Source of the DNA: the human T2T-CHM13v2.0 reference genome, Homo sapiens | Assembly: GCF_009914755.1 (NCBI RefSeq) | Contig: NC_060937.1 | Length of the DNA stretch: 64,000 nucleotides | Strand: one strand, 5' to 3' | In this document: positions 44,551 to 58,234 of the stretch, one piece after another | Position numbering within the stretch: the first letter of the stretch is position 1 | Layout of the letters: each line of letters starts with the position of its first letter | Made by a program: the position numbers and the translations under genes | Notes under the pieces: model-generated | The model's database searches: none | What the model was told of the DNA's origin: nothing | The model's input: the letters and a program-made list of their open reading frames with translations, nothing else

Positions 44551-47500
44551 TTTCTTACTATATTTTCTTTCCATTCTTTTCTTCTTTCTCCCTTTTCCTC
44601 CTCTTCATCTTCCTTTTTAAATCTTCATCTTATTTTGCTAATTTTGCTTTATCTTTTTCTTTGCATTTTCCTATAGTTGTATTCTTGCATATTAAACTGA
44701 GAAGATACATTTAACAGACTCTATGATGTTGTCTTACATCCTTCTGAGACCAATTTCTCTACCTAAGCTACTTTTTTTTTTTTTAACAGACTTCATCAGA
44801 GCCTGTTTTGTAGGCCTGGGATTCTTCTTCTTTTGATATTATGTTAAACATCTGATATAATTCATTACACTTATATGGTAATATCTTATTTCCATAAGCA
44901 CATATTTAAAATTATGAATTACTGTTTTTTAATCACTTTATTGTTATATTCTCTATCTTATGCATTCGATAGTGAATGTAAAACTAGGTTGGCCACATCG
45001 CCTATTTCATGAGTCCCTTCTCCTATCTGGTCCTTCCCTCCTCCCTCAAGATTACAGAAGAAAATAAAGATGAGAAACTCTAATTATGCACTTCTTTCTA
45101 AATTAGGGGCATTAATGAAATCTCTCAGGATGTTGACTCTCTACTCCCTGTTCTAGAGAATGGGGATTAGGCTTAAAGCTGAGCCTTGCCTTTAAAAACA
45201 AGTCTTCTATTTCTTTTGCTGTTTCCTTTGATGCTTCATCGTGTGGAATTGCAGCATTCCTTAATTGAAGGATGCTGGTGTTTTTTTCTCTCTCTTTACT
45301 AATATTTTTAATTTATTTTGTTAGATATTGGAGCAAGAAATAATTATAGCTCAATTTATTCTTCCAGCTTTTCCAGAAAGTTTCCTCTCAAACTACAAAT
45401 TAATAATTAATCTTTTGAATCCTTGGCTTCAATTTGATTTAACATACAAATTCTGGCCAATTAAAAAAAAGAAACTCTAGAAATTACTTCGTAGACATTC
45501 TATAACTGTAATGTTCCTTTACTCTAGGGTATTATGGCATCATAGGTTGGTGTTTTATGTATAGTTTAGTATTATGAGAAATTGGAAGAAGACTGTTTTC
45601 CAAACTTCTTTGGAAAAAGACTACTCCTCTATCCAGCTCGGAATATAAACAAAAGGAAGATTTTTAAATTGTCCCAGCACCATGAGGCATATTTTATAAT
45701 GTTAAGCTTTTTCCACACATTAATAACACAAGATGTAAGCAATTTACACAAAATTGTGTGAGAGTTTCACATATGCACATATGTGTACACACAATGACAT
45801 GATCAATTAGATAATTCTCTCTATATATAATACTTGCTGTGGGCCTGTTATGCTTAAGTTTAGTTGCCAATAATAATAAAGTTCATGGCTGATTGTATAT
45901 ATTTACAGTTGATTTTTTTGGGTGTTGGCACAGTTTCAAGGTCTAAGAAAACGTTTGGATGGAAAAACGTGTTACTCTTCTAAAGTTGAATGTTAAAATC
46001 CTGTTCAATATTTAAAATGTAAACTGGCTTTTGAAATAAAGAAATTACTCTGAACAGATTTAATGTGGTTCTTCTTAATGCAATAAGTGCATTATATATT
46101 TCATGAAATAAATGTAGAATAAGTTTAAAAATAAATATATGCAGCCCATTTACAATACTCTAGTGAAATACATGAGTGCTTCACTACATGTTTCACTGAC
46201 AAAAAATAATCGCATAAATCTTCCACACACAGCTGCAATTTAGTGAAATATGCAGTTTTCTGTTTTCTATTACTGTATACAGTATAAATTCTTCTGCTGG
46301 GAGACAGATTGTGACAAATTTGCAAACAGCATCTGTATTCATACATTTGAAACATTAATTTATCCAGCAATAAAATCTTTGATTTCCCAAAAGGAGAGTC
46401 ATGTCTGAGAACTAATGCCTATTTTTGAGACTTAACTGAGTTTTCAATGTTACTCATTTTCTCATGAGTTACGTGCTCCCATGGAAAAATATACAACTTA
46501 ACAGCAAGTATAGAGAGTTAAAAGGGTCACACAAAACATAAATCTGTATGCCTACTTTATGTATGTGTATAATTCATATAAATAAATTCTTGACTACCTA
46601 CACTTTCCATTGTGGAAAATGCTTTTGTTAGCAACAATATCAAAGGAATAACAAGGAAAGCTCTATAATATATACACTGAATTCAATGCTTATGTACTGC
46701 AATTTTTGAAATGATAAATTTTGCTCTGGGCATAAGAGTAAAACTTCTGGAAATAGAAAAATAAAGCTTATGTTTATCAACCAGTATATGGTTTATTTCT
46801 AGAAATAGTATAGAAGTCTAAAATAAACTATGTAAAATTAAAACAAAGTAGAATTATATAAGTGAAATCTAAGTACTTATGAAGTTTCTTATTTTAAAAA
46901 ATTCTCTAGAAGTTTATTTATCATTGAAGAAGAGCCAATTTCTAACTCCCCTTTTTAAAAATAAATAATGCCATAGTATATAATATCTGCAACAAAGAAA
47001 GCATTTCAATTAGTCAATTTTGCTTACCTTATTTTGCTTTTAGCTTTTCTTTTTCCTAATATCAGTTATACATTTAGCTAATTCTTAACATCTTCTTGAA
47101 ACTATTTGATTTATTATCATTCATTTTTTTACTCAGTACTTGCTATCCAAAGAAACACGACATTTGAACAGGTTATTTTAAAACAATTCTGAAATTACTT
47201 AATTATCATTATAATTTTCTCAGGAAATTATTAGATTCACCAAAACCTAAGGAGATAAAACCTCTAAAACTCCTCACAGTATCACACAAGGATTAACCTT
47301 ACCCTGGATTTCCATTGTTCTACTGTGATCTTACAAACTTTGATAAAATCATATTTAAATACATGCAAAAAACGTTTTTAAAGGATATACTGTGAGTTTT
47401 TAAAATTCAAACAGCTTTCTCAGCTATTTGAATAGTGACGATCTGAAATCTGCATCCATGCTGCTTTTTTAATTAAAATTTTACCCAAAGGAAAACAGTA

Positions 47501-48854
47501 TTTAACAGTTTGTGAGCTTACTCTCTTTAGAAATTGTGTAGTGAATTGTTTGCTCATAACATAAGGTGCTCTAGTGTCTTGGGCTTTTGCCTAACTGTCT
47601 GATCTTTTTTTTTTTCCACTGCTGTTACACTTTTGACCTAATTTAATTGACATAGGCAATGGTGTTCACATTGTTTTCTGACTGATTACCTGAACAGGTA
47701 GTGAAGAAAATTCAAGCCACAAACCTGTCTGGGACATTCATTTCAGTCACACTCAGTTGGCAGAGAGGGAGTATCACTCAGAAAGAGAACCCACAGAAAC
47801 TTTATTTTGCAGGAAGGCAGTGACCCTGGAGAATTCTTCAACCTCCACGTTTATGAATTTCTCATTTTTAATTAATTTCTTCTTTCAAGTCAATACATTT
47901 TCATATATCATTGTCTCTGAACTGCTGTAGGGATAGAAAAATCTGAATTGCTTCACTGTTGACATATGTGTTAGGTGTGCCTGGCTCTCACCTTCTATAC
48001 CTGAGGAGAATGTAATATTAACATCTTGTTTTAAGAACTTATCACTCATCTGTCTTCCATTGACTTCAGCTTACTCTAAAAATCAAGGAATCCTGAAAGT
48101 TTGTTTGCATTGGTTTGGTTTTAGGTTTATATATATGTATTTTTAGCCACAAAGAGAATTAGAAAATAAACCAAGCTTTATTGGGTCTTCTTAAAATTTT
48201 AATATCACCAATAGCCACCTCAATTAGGTGCATAATTTAGCTTTCTCAAACTTTCTTCAGTGTGGTGAAAACTCTTTCATAATTTTGTTTCATTATTATT
48301 TCAAGAAATATAAAATAAATAAAATGCATCAATTACAGAATGAATGTTTTTTGTTATTGATTGAAGGTGAAAATCCTTATGAATGCATTGCTTAGATTAG
48401 AACAGACCCATGCATGGATTGAATTAAGGGATTTTAGGGGCTCTGAGAAATGTGGAATTATTTCTAAAAACATGTCCCAGAATTGGGTGATTTCTTACAC
48501 AGCCCTGAGAGCCGAGGAAGAGGTGACACTCTCTGGGGTCCATTCATTCAAAGACCCTGCTCTGGCCTTTCTCAAGCTATGCCACTCCTAATAGGAGGAG
48601 GAGTTTACAAGAGCCAAAGGGTTGCATCCACTTGGTTGCAGCACAATCCTCTCTGTACCACTCCAAGCACCCAAGCATGGAGAACTCCAGAATTCCTATC
48701 AAATGCCTCCAAGCCTATGTTCAGGGAAGGTACAGGCTGTTTCCACATGTCTTTACAGCCAAGGGCTGATTATGCTAGGACCCCTAAACCATGAGAAGGA
48801 CCAAAGGGTCATTAATTGTAAGAAAGGGAATGATGGAGATCCAACTGAAGTCAG

Positions 48855-48988
48855 GGAGTCCCTGTGCATCCATAGGAGGTTACTTATGGCGGGGGAGTAG
48901 CCACAAGAAGATGTGGAGTCCCTGTGCATCTATAGGAGGCTACTTATGGTGGAGGAGTAGCCACAAGAAGAATAGCCACAAGAAGATG
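48855..48988. repeat. 60-bp tandem duplication plus a partial third copy
   Basis: ggagtccctgtgcatcYataggaggYtacttatggYggRggagtagccacaagaaga at 48855 and 48915; tagccacaagaagatg again at 48973. Confidence 0.92.
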
Positions 48989-51159
48989 GGGAAGATGTGA
49001 AAGATGAATATAGGATTGTCAAAAACCTTCTTGATTTATAAATGTATAACTTGATTTATAACCTTAAAATTTTTAGTCACTTAGTCTATTGGCCTCCATT
49101 TATACTGTAGTTTGAGGAAATTTTAGGGAGGGCTGCCTGAAAGTTTATCGTCTTATTTGTTTGAACTCAATTGCTTTGACTGAATCAGGATAATGTAAGA
49201 AGAAAGAAATGAGTTGTCTCAACATAAGATGGACTCGCATACAAATGTTCCCCTTATATCTTATAAGTTCTCTATTATTGTTAAAAATAGCTAGCTTCTC
49301 TGGTCTTTCTGCATTTATTAGCTGGGGGTTTTGTGAAGAATAATGTGTGCATGCTTTTTGATGCATACATGGGATGTTTTCAGTGCTGAAAACAATAGCT
49401 ATTCTTATTAGTAGTATTAGTATTAAATTAAAACAAGAGGAAGGTTATTTTCAAAACGATGCTTCACTACAAATGAAGAGTCTGAGAGCACGATTGTACA
49501 GAGGTAAATGAAGAAATGGCATCGTCTCTGCGTATAAATGAAAGAAGAGGAGCATGAGCAATCAGAAAAAGAAAAAAGAATGACATGTAATAATGCTGCC
49601 CCATAGACCAAAAAGAGTACCAGTTTACAATATGCGCGAATGCTGAATCTATTCAGCAGGCCTCTTAAGTCGTTTAAACACAATATACTTCCAAGCAATG
49701 CTGATGAAAAGGAATATATAAATTATGGCCAACAAAATTTACAGATGTGGAGTTATGTATTTTCATGAGAACATTCTTAAAATAATGACTTATCTGAGCC
49801 TATTGCAAGGGAGATAAGAATGTGTTATGATATTTTTTAAATGAAATCGGTGCTCTCATTTGATCACACTGTCTAAAACTCACCCGACATTTAATATAAC
49901 TCTAGTTATTAAATTTTTCTGATAGTTTTCAGGAAATAGTTTCCAGTTTAATCAAGCCAAGTTATTCCAAAACCCTCCCTAAAAAATTACTTATAACTGA
50001 AAATTTAATTTTAAAGAGCTTTAATAAATAAAAACAAGCCCTATGTTCTCCAAATATTCATCATCAAGTAAAATAGAAGTTCATAATCATTCTCTTTCAT
50101 AAATATTAAAAGACTGTTTTTCAAATGACAATTTGGAATGTCACAATGACATGAATGGGCAGAAGAAAAATCCTTTCCATGTTTGGCACATATATGCAGT
50201 ATTGACACATCAATGCCAAGTGTGCTATTTCAGAATTGCTGACTGAAACCTGAAAATTTGAAAGGCTTTTTCTTTACGGTGACTGCTGCTTCAGTTAACT
50301 TTAGCGCATTTGACCTTTTCTGTCTTTGGCATCTTTATTATTTTACCTCATCTTATTAAAGTCACTTCTTTTTTACCTTCTTCCCTGCAGTTTTGTACCT
50401 TAGAATGTTGACTTTGTTACAAGCATTTTTTTTCTACTGAGTTTTATAAGATTCGGGGATCTGGCAATCAAAGCACAATATGGTCAGCTGGCAAAAAAGG
50501 CCAGGCAACAACACTATTTGGAACAGGGTGTGGCTGACTTGACCGCTGTATTCGGAATCTCAGGTAACCTGCTTTTCACGTGTCAGCCATGTTGGGCGTC
50601 TGTTCCATTTGCCAGGAAAGTATAAAAATGCATCCTTGGTCAGAATCCTATTCTGTTTCTCTCTGCCTCTCCATGTCACTAGCATTATTTTTTCCTCAGT
50701 ACAAAGTATTGTGAAAGAACTGTTATCATTGCTTACAGAGTAAAAAATAAATAAATAAATAAATCCTCCATTGTTTTAAGGGGGGACTGGATTCAGCTTC
50801 CACTTTGTTTCAAGTTTATCTTTACAAAATGCTGCATTTACATCAGTATAATTTGCTGGTAACTTTTCAATATCAAATGTTCACTTGAAAATCAATTTTG
50901 AAACTATTTACCAATTTTCTGTGATAAAATAATCACCAGTATCATATCTTGATGACACATTTTCACTAGTTTTTAATTTTTTGCCTTGAAAACACAATAT
51001 ATAATGTTACTGGTTTCATTATGTGCTTAAGTGCCTTAAAATTACAATATTGTATTTAAGTCATCTTTATGTTAGAAGGAAAATTTAAAGAATATTATTC
51101 AAAAATAGATTGCGCCCTCCTTTATTGCTAGGAGGAATAAAAAATGTTGCAATTTAAAA

Positions 51160-51742
51160 AACATTTTGTAGTTCCTTAAAATGGTAAACACAAAGTTTTC
51201 ATATGACCTAGCAATTCCACTTACTGGTATACATCAAAGACAAATAAAATCACATGTCCACAAAAAGCTTTTACACAAATGTTCATAGCAGCATTGTCAA
51301 TACTAACTAAAAAATAAAAACAACCTATATATCCAGCAAGTGAGGTATGGACAAACAAAATGTGGTATGCTACTGCAATGGAATATTATTCAGCCATAAA
51401 CAGGAAAAAATATGGATTTATAATACAATGTGGGTAGATGTAAAAATATTTGGGCTGAGTGAAAATAATCCAGTAAAAAAAGACACATATTGTGTTATTC
51501 AGTTAATATGAAAAATCCAGATTAGGCAAATTAATATACAGAAAGTATATCAGTGATTGCCAGAAGCTGGGGTAGGGAGAAAAAATGGGGGGGTGATTAC
51601 TGATGGTTATGGGGTTTTGTTGCGGGCTGATGAGATAGTCTAAAATTAGACAGTGGTGATTATTGTACAGCTCTGTGAACAAAAGTCACTGAACTGAATG
51701 ATTAAAGTAGTAAATTGCATGTGAATGAAGCCGCTAAAAAAA
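51160..51742 (+). mobile_element. L1MB-type 3' end
   Basis: catatgacctagcaattccacttactggtatac; aatggaatattattcagccataaa; cagtgattgccagaagctgggg. Confidence 0.8.
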
Positions 51743-51744
51743 AG

Positions 51745-52094
51745 TGGCTCTCAGATATCAGCCTGCTTTGGAGACCACCTTAGACGAAGAAATATTTCTT
51801 GTCTAAAGTCATATCTCCTTTCACAGGGCAATGGCATCCAATGATTGAGCATAATAGGTGTATAAAATATTACCCTCTTTCTCCCAACTTAGGACAGCTC
51901 TGATGGTTCAAGCACCCTATATGTTTGGCTGGGTTTATCATTTGGAATGCATAAGCTCAACTTCTTTCCCTGAAAATTCCTACTCCTTTCCTTGCCTTTC
52001 TGCAAGTATTGATTCCAAGGGCATTCCCTAACAAATGTCCTGTGCTCCAGTCTCATTCTTGGAGTCTGCTCCTAGTGGAAACCAATCTATAACA
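51745..52094 (+). mobile_element. LTR16-type (ERVL) LTR fragment
   Basis: cccaacttaggacagctctga; gtattgattccaagggcattccctaacaaatgtcctg; ends aaccaatctataaca. Confidence 0.6.
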
Positions 52095-52688
52095 GAGAAG
52101 TTAAGCAATATGTACAAAGTTATAACCCCATGACTTTGAGTATGCTTTTCTTTCTAGAGATATTTCTTGACTTTTATTCTTCTCACACTTAATTCTACTC
52201 ACCCATCATAAACCCAGTTCAAGTTCTACCTCTTTCTTAGTTTCTTCAACTACTCTAGTTCACCCTGAGCTTTACCTTTTTAGACAATTAATGCGCATAG
52301 TGTCAAGACCTCCAGCTCACTGAACAATGACCTCATAAGTTTAAAACTGCTTCAAAAACAGCAAATGTATTAACATCAGGTATAACAGCATTGATACAGT
52401 CTCCCTGGAATGCGGGGAACCGTGCTTTTCAACTTCCTTTCCCTTGCACTCCTGCCCTCTCCCACCAAAATAGTCTGGTGCAAATTAAATAAAACTATAG
52501 TTTAGTTAGATTTTCTCCCACTGCTTCATTTGACTAGCCTTAAAAATAAATAAATACAATTTTATTGAAATTATAGAATCTTTATCTTACTGACTACAGG
52601 TAATTTTTTAATCATGACATCAGTGGTAAACATCCTAAAACAAAGTTTAGGAAATGATCATTTGAGAAAACTACATTGATGATATCTT

Positions 52689-52690
<2 letters not shown>

Positions 52691-52729
<39 letters not shown>
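52691..52729. repeat. (CA)n microsatellite
   Basis: Uninterrupted CA run. Confidence 0.95.
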
Positions 52730-52730
<1 letters not shown>

Positions 52731-52931
52731 ATGAAGTTATCTAGAATTTGGGCAATTAATGAACCATATAATAGAAACAGTGGTGGATTGTATATAGTTA
52801 TTTCCTCTGTAGTCAGCATGACATGTTCTGTAATTCTAGAGAGTAAATATAGTTGCAACAGTTTATTTTTCTAGTGATAATGAACAAATGTATTACTTCT
52901 ATTGCTTTTTTGTGCCACACATTATTACAAT

Positions 52932-53097
52932 AGAAAGAAAGAAAGAGAGAGAAAGAAGAAAGAAAGAGAACGAAAAGAAAGAAAGAAGAAAGGAGAGAAA
53001 GAAGAAAAAGAAAGAAAGGAAGAAAAGAGAAAGGAAAAGAGAAAGGAAGGAAGGAAGGAAGAAAGGAAGGGAAGGAAGGGAAGGAAAAGAAAATAAA
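52932..53097. repeat. Polypurine (GAAA/GGAA)n tract
   Basis: ~165 bp almost purely A/G. Confidence 0.95.
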
Positions 53098-53754
53098 GAT
53101 GGTTCTTAACTGACCACTCAGTGATATTGTCTGATCTGTGATGACATCATATACCTAGCTCCTGGATGAACCACTGTTTGACTTTGAAGATGGACCATGA
53201 GCTTTCTCAAACCCAAGCTCAATCTAGGAAAATCTGTACTTGTGCTTCTTTTCAATGAATACTCTAGGGATGTCCATTACTCCACAGAGCTCAGCCTAGG
53301 GACCAAGTTCTGGGAGAATTGTCAGTATTGGATAGACCCTGTATGTGTCCAGATCCATGTCCACGGACACTTCGTCCTTTTACTATAAGAAGAATTAATT
53401 TTATAGGATCAGGGTTTTCTTTTGTCCTTGCAGTCGATCATTGGTAAGAAACACTGCGGTCCAAAACAGCCATAGAATGACAAAGTCACAAGGCACTGAT
53501 ATCTCTGATTCATGTGCCCTCCAGGTAGCTGCTTTGCAAACCAGGGATTTCAAAGATTAGTAGTCTTAAACACAGAAGGCTTGATGACTCCCTAATTCTA
53601 AAGCAATGGCTGTTATTAATCCTATATTTATTTAAGAAATTCATATAAATAATTGTTCCAGATACTTAAATTCATTTTCCTTAGATTGCAAACAAATAAA
53701 TCTTTGCTTTGATCGTCTATTTCTTTCCATGTCACTGATTGTCATACTTACCCT

Positions 53755-53870
53755 GCTTTTACGGAGGAGAAAACTGAGAATTGAGAAAATTAAGTAATTT
53801 ACTCAACATCATCCAATTAAGACCGAACATAGGACTACCTCACTCCAAAATATTAAATCTTTATACTACT
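53755..53870 (-). mobile_element. MIR fragment
   Basis: ttttacggaggagaaaactgagaattgagaaaattaagtaatttactcaa. Confidence 0.6.
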
Positions 53871-54624
53871 AGGTACATAAAATACCTTGAAAGTCAAGAG
53901 ATAGTAACACGCATTTCAAATACTTTGATATATGGAGTAGGCTGTCAGTATTAGTCTACCTGAAGTTTGAATCCTCCTTTTATGATTCTCCAATAAGAAG
54001 AGTTTACTTTTTTAATGAGTTTAAAAATTCCATTGAATAAGAGCGTAATTCATGTTTATTGAAAAGAGATGGAAAGTTTTGGCTTCCCTGCTGACAAATT
54101 GCTTTCTGAAAGATAGCTCTCTCCTCTGTGCTTGCAAGACAAACTACATGTGAAGAAAAGAAGATACTTTGTAGCTAGCATTTTATTTCCTCTTGGAAGC
54201 TCTTGGAATTCTGTCATGAGGCTGTCATCATATGGCATTTATTTTATCTTGATATCAAGATACATATTTAGATAAAGAAAACTGGAAAAATATTTGCTGA
54301 ATAACACTTTCTTTGAACTTAAGGGTAAAATGAAGTTTTTTTAAACTACTACATACATAGTAATGAGACAATAAAATTGCATCGAATAAATAGATGAACA
54401 AGAGAATTAAAGATTGGAGTATGGTTGTAACCATCTTAAGTGCCGCCAAAAGAAACACCATTCCCACCTTAACATATGGTTAAGGAGATAAAGGAAGGAA
54501 GGAGGATGAAGGGTTGCTCTTCCAGTTTTTATTCTAGCTGCATACCCATTCTGAGCATTGGCACACGTGGTCAGGGAGGGGGTACGGGTTGGTGTAATGG
54601 ATGGTGTGACAGAAATTTGGCATC

Positions 54625-54805
54625 TTAGTGGCCACCACATCGTGCTGCTCTGACTCCTTCTTCAGGACTGAGTTAGTCATTCCCCAGCTGCCAGGAGTGT
54701 TGGCTGCTGAGACCTGACAGCGGATCCACTTTCCAGGAATTTCCCTTGGGTAAAGGAACTGATTCACCCCAAACTATACTCCCTTCCTGGGGGCAGCCTG
54801 CCTTC
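54625..54805 (+). mobile_element. LTR16-type LTR 5' fragment
   Basis: ttcaggactgag...cattccccagctgccaggagtgttggctgctga; ccccttcctgggggcagcc. Confidence 0.6.
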
Positions 54806-54880
54806 TTCCACTGTTGTTACAATATTCCACAGTCATTTCCCTGACCTATTATAAACCTTTCTCTTTCACTCCAGATGATT

Positions 54881-54910
54881 GATAGATAGATGGTAGATAG
54901 ACAGACAGAG

Positions 54911-54943
<33 letters not shown>
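54881..54943. repeat. Compound (GATA)n/(GACA)n microsatellite
   Basis: gatagatagatggtagatagacagacagagagatagatag... Confidence 0.9.
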
Positions 54944-54977
54944 TAATAAACTATTGACAAATGCAAATTTCTTAAAA

Positions 54978-56130
54978 AATAAATTATATTGTGTATATTT
55001 GAGGTTCATAACATGAGGTTATGGAATACATATAGACAGCAAAATGGTTACCATAGTAAAGCAGATTAACATATCATCTCACATAGTTACTTCTTCTGTG
55101 ACAAAGCAGCTAAAATCTAATTTAACAGAAATCTCTAATACAATACAACTTCAATAACTTTAGTCCTCATGTAAATTAGATCTCTAAACTTGTTCATTTT
55201 ACGTGTCTGCTATTTTGTGTCCTGTGACTTACATCTCCTTATTTCCTTTTCTTCCACCTCCACCCATGGTAACCACTGTTTCATTCTGTAGCTCTGTGTA
55301 TTTGAATTCATATATATATATATATATTCCACATATAACTGAGATCATGCAATATTTTTCTTTCTGCGTGTGACTTATTTTACTTAACTTAATGTGCTAC
55401 AGGTACACTCATGTTGTGGCAAATGGGAGGATCTCCTTTTTTAGAGGAGGAATAATATTTCATTGTGGAGGTATACCACGCATTATTTATCCATTCACCT
55501 ACCAATAGGTATTTAGTTTTCTTCTATATCTTGATGGTTGTGAATAGTGACGAAATAAACATGGAAGTGTAGGTATTTTTATAAGGTGGTGATTTCATCT
55601 CCTTTGGGTATATATCCAGAAAAAGGATTTCTGAGTCATATGGAATTTTTATTTTAAATTTTCTTCACAAAACTCAATATATTTTTTCACAATGACTGTA
55701 CCAATTACATTCCCACCGAAAATATCCAAGGGTCCGTTGTCTCCATAGCTTCCCCAATATTTGTTATTTTTTTTTTAATTTTTAAAGCCATCCTTACTGG
55801 TCTTAGGTGATTTAGCGGTTTTAATTTACATTTCCCTGATAATTAGTGATGTTAAACACCTTTTTCTATACCTGTTACCCATTTTTATGTCTTCTTTAGA
55901 GAAATGTCTGTTTAGATTCTTTGCCCATTTTTAATCAGGTTATTTGTTTTTCTGCTATTGAATTATAAGAGTTCTTTGTACATTTTAGATATTAACCACT
56001 TATCAGGTAGCTGGTTTGCAAATATTTTTATATTATTTCCTAGTCCATAGGTTACCTTTTCATTTTGTTGATTGTATATTTTTCCCTGCAGAAAGCTTTT
56101 ATTTTGATATAGATATATTTGTTTATTTTA
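54978..56130 (-). mobile_element. L1MA (MA6-8 type) 3' end and ORF2 C-terminus
   Basis: ttgtgtatatttgaggttcataacatg; cccatggtaaccactgtttcattct; ttgggtatatatccaga; ccctgataattagtgatgtt. Confidence 0.85.
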
Positions 56131-56649
56131 GCAAATTGAAAATTTGGGTGAAGAGATATTTAAATATATTCTAATTTATGAATATATTTTGATTGACTCT
56201 TAAATCAACATTGTTTTCCATTCACTAACAGTACCTGATGTGCCTATCTTTTCCATTTTTCTTTATTTTTCTTTTTCTCTCAGCTTTAGAAGATTGAGTT
56301 AATCATAGCCTTCAGCTATCAAAAGCAAATGTCATCAAGTATTACATGAGTTAGCAAATGGTCAGGGAAAGAGAAACCAATCTGGATATTTCTTACAAGA
56401 GATATGATACAGAGACTTGATTCCAAAGGTGTTGGAAGGACATCAAAAGCTTAAAGAAGAAGGGAACTAATAGAAGCAACAGAAGCTGCAAATAACCCTG
56501 TAATAAGCCCAGAAGCCTATGCTGCTCTTGTGCTGTTGGAAATGCATGTTGGTTTTGATCATCATGTCCATTCTTCTCTCCCAAAAAAACAACCACTACA
56601 ATGTGGCTGATCTACATTCTTGAGTATATGGGTACCCTTTTAAAATATG

Positions 56650-58230
56650 CAGGGTTGAGTTGTTAATTTGCATATATTAAAATTGCATTTTAGGTATGTT
56701 CTTTCTTCATATTTTTCAGCATTCATTTTTATAACTTCACTACTTGTTTGATGTACATCTAATTCATTTCTAACTAATTCATAGGTTTCCATGTTGTATA
56801 ACTGTATATTTTATTTATCTACCTCTTTAGTCATGTATAACTAGGTCACTTCCAATGTCCTGCTGGCTCAAAAAATACTATGATAAATATTTTCATATAT
56901 ACTTCCACTGGGATGAGTATCAAGCCAAGGGATCCCTGAACATAACTTACTTAGCGAAGAACTTCCAGAGTACATTCCAAGGTGACTATACCAGTTTATG
57001 TCCCTTAATAGTACATGAAGAGGGTTACTAGTATCCGCATATCATCAAACTATGGTATTATCCAACTTTTGAATTTTTCTAATCTCTTACATAGAATTTT
57101 TCATAATAACTTTAATTTGTATTATTCTAGTGAACCTGTATATCTCTTCTTACATGTGTTAATCTTTTGAATTTACTCTTAAAAGATGTATTCACATGCA
57201 TGCCCACATTTCTAGAGAGTTTTATGCCTTTCCGTTTTGTTGATTTTCAGAAATATCTTATAATTTTATTTTTTAGTTCATGCATTGATTCATTTTTTAA
57301 ATAAATTTTTATTGAGCACTTACTATGTTGTAGGCATTGTTTTATGTACTGAGAATATATTGGGAAACAAGAGACAAATTATGTTAATATGAAACTTACA
57401 TTCTATTTTGTGGGTCAGGAGGTTGGGTGGATAAATGGTGGGGCTAGGAAACAATAAACATGTGAGTTATAAAGGTGATAATGAAATAGTGTGTTAGAAG
57501 GTGATAAGTAAACAGGTGCTAAGAAAAAGAGGAATAGTAGAACAAGATAAGGAAATTAGAAGAAGATGGGTTACATGAATAAATGGGGTGATTAGGATGA
57601 GACTCTGTGAGGAGATGACTTTTAAATAAGACTCGGAGACACCAGGGATATTACCCATGAAGATATCGGGAGGAAGATATTCCAGGAAGAAGTAAGCCAA
57701 ACTTAAGGTGGGAACACAATGTAGGTGTTTAAGGAAGAGGAAGACTAGAGGAAAGTTAATGGTAGTAGGAGATCTAGTCAAAGAAGAAATATGGCTTTTA
57801 CTCTGAGTGATATTGGACACAAGTGACAATTGTCATGCAGAGGAATGACATGCCCTGGCTTATAATTTTAAAAATATATTCCAGCTACTGTGTTGAAAAC
57901 AGACAGTAGATGGACAAATGTGGATGCAGGGAGGCTGGTCAAGAAACTATGGCAGCAGCATCAGGTGAGATGATAATGGCTTGAAGTTGATTTTGGCAGT
58001 GGAGCTGGTGAGAAGTGGTGGGGTTCTGGGCCTATTTTGAAGGTAGAGCCAAAGGATGTTAATTCCTTGTGGGTTGTATATAACATCTATCAATCTGTTT
58101 CCTGACTCCTATGCTTATTCACAGTGTCCTTTTTTCAACAAATTTATTTAACTTCGATCTAATCAAATCCATCTCATTTTCACGTTATAGATGGTGCTGT
58201 TCATGTCAAGTTTAGAAGTTCCTTCTGGCA
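56650..58230 (-). mobile_element. Decayed L1M (MC/ME-type), interrupted by L2a
   Basis: Antisense L1 motifs before 57270 (actataccagtttatgtccc) and resuming after ~58060. Confidence 0.5.
57275..58060 (-). mobile_element. L2a
   Basis: ttttattgagcacttactatgttgtaggcattgtt; gcagaggaatgacatg; ggagctggtgagaagtggtggggttctgggcctattttgaaggtagagcc. Confidence 0.85.
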
Positions 58231-58234
58231 CTGG

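Noticed and set aside
46160-46200. Imperfect hairpin agtgaaatacatg...catgtttcact
   Set aside because: Short and bulged; within chance expectation
52888-53109. Lys/Arg/Glu-rich ORFs
   Set aside because: Translation of a GA simple repeat
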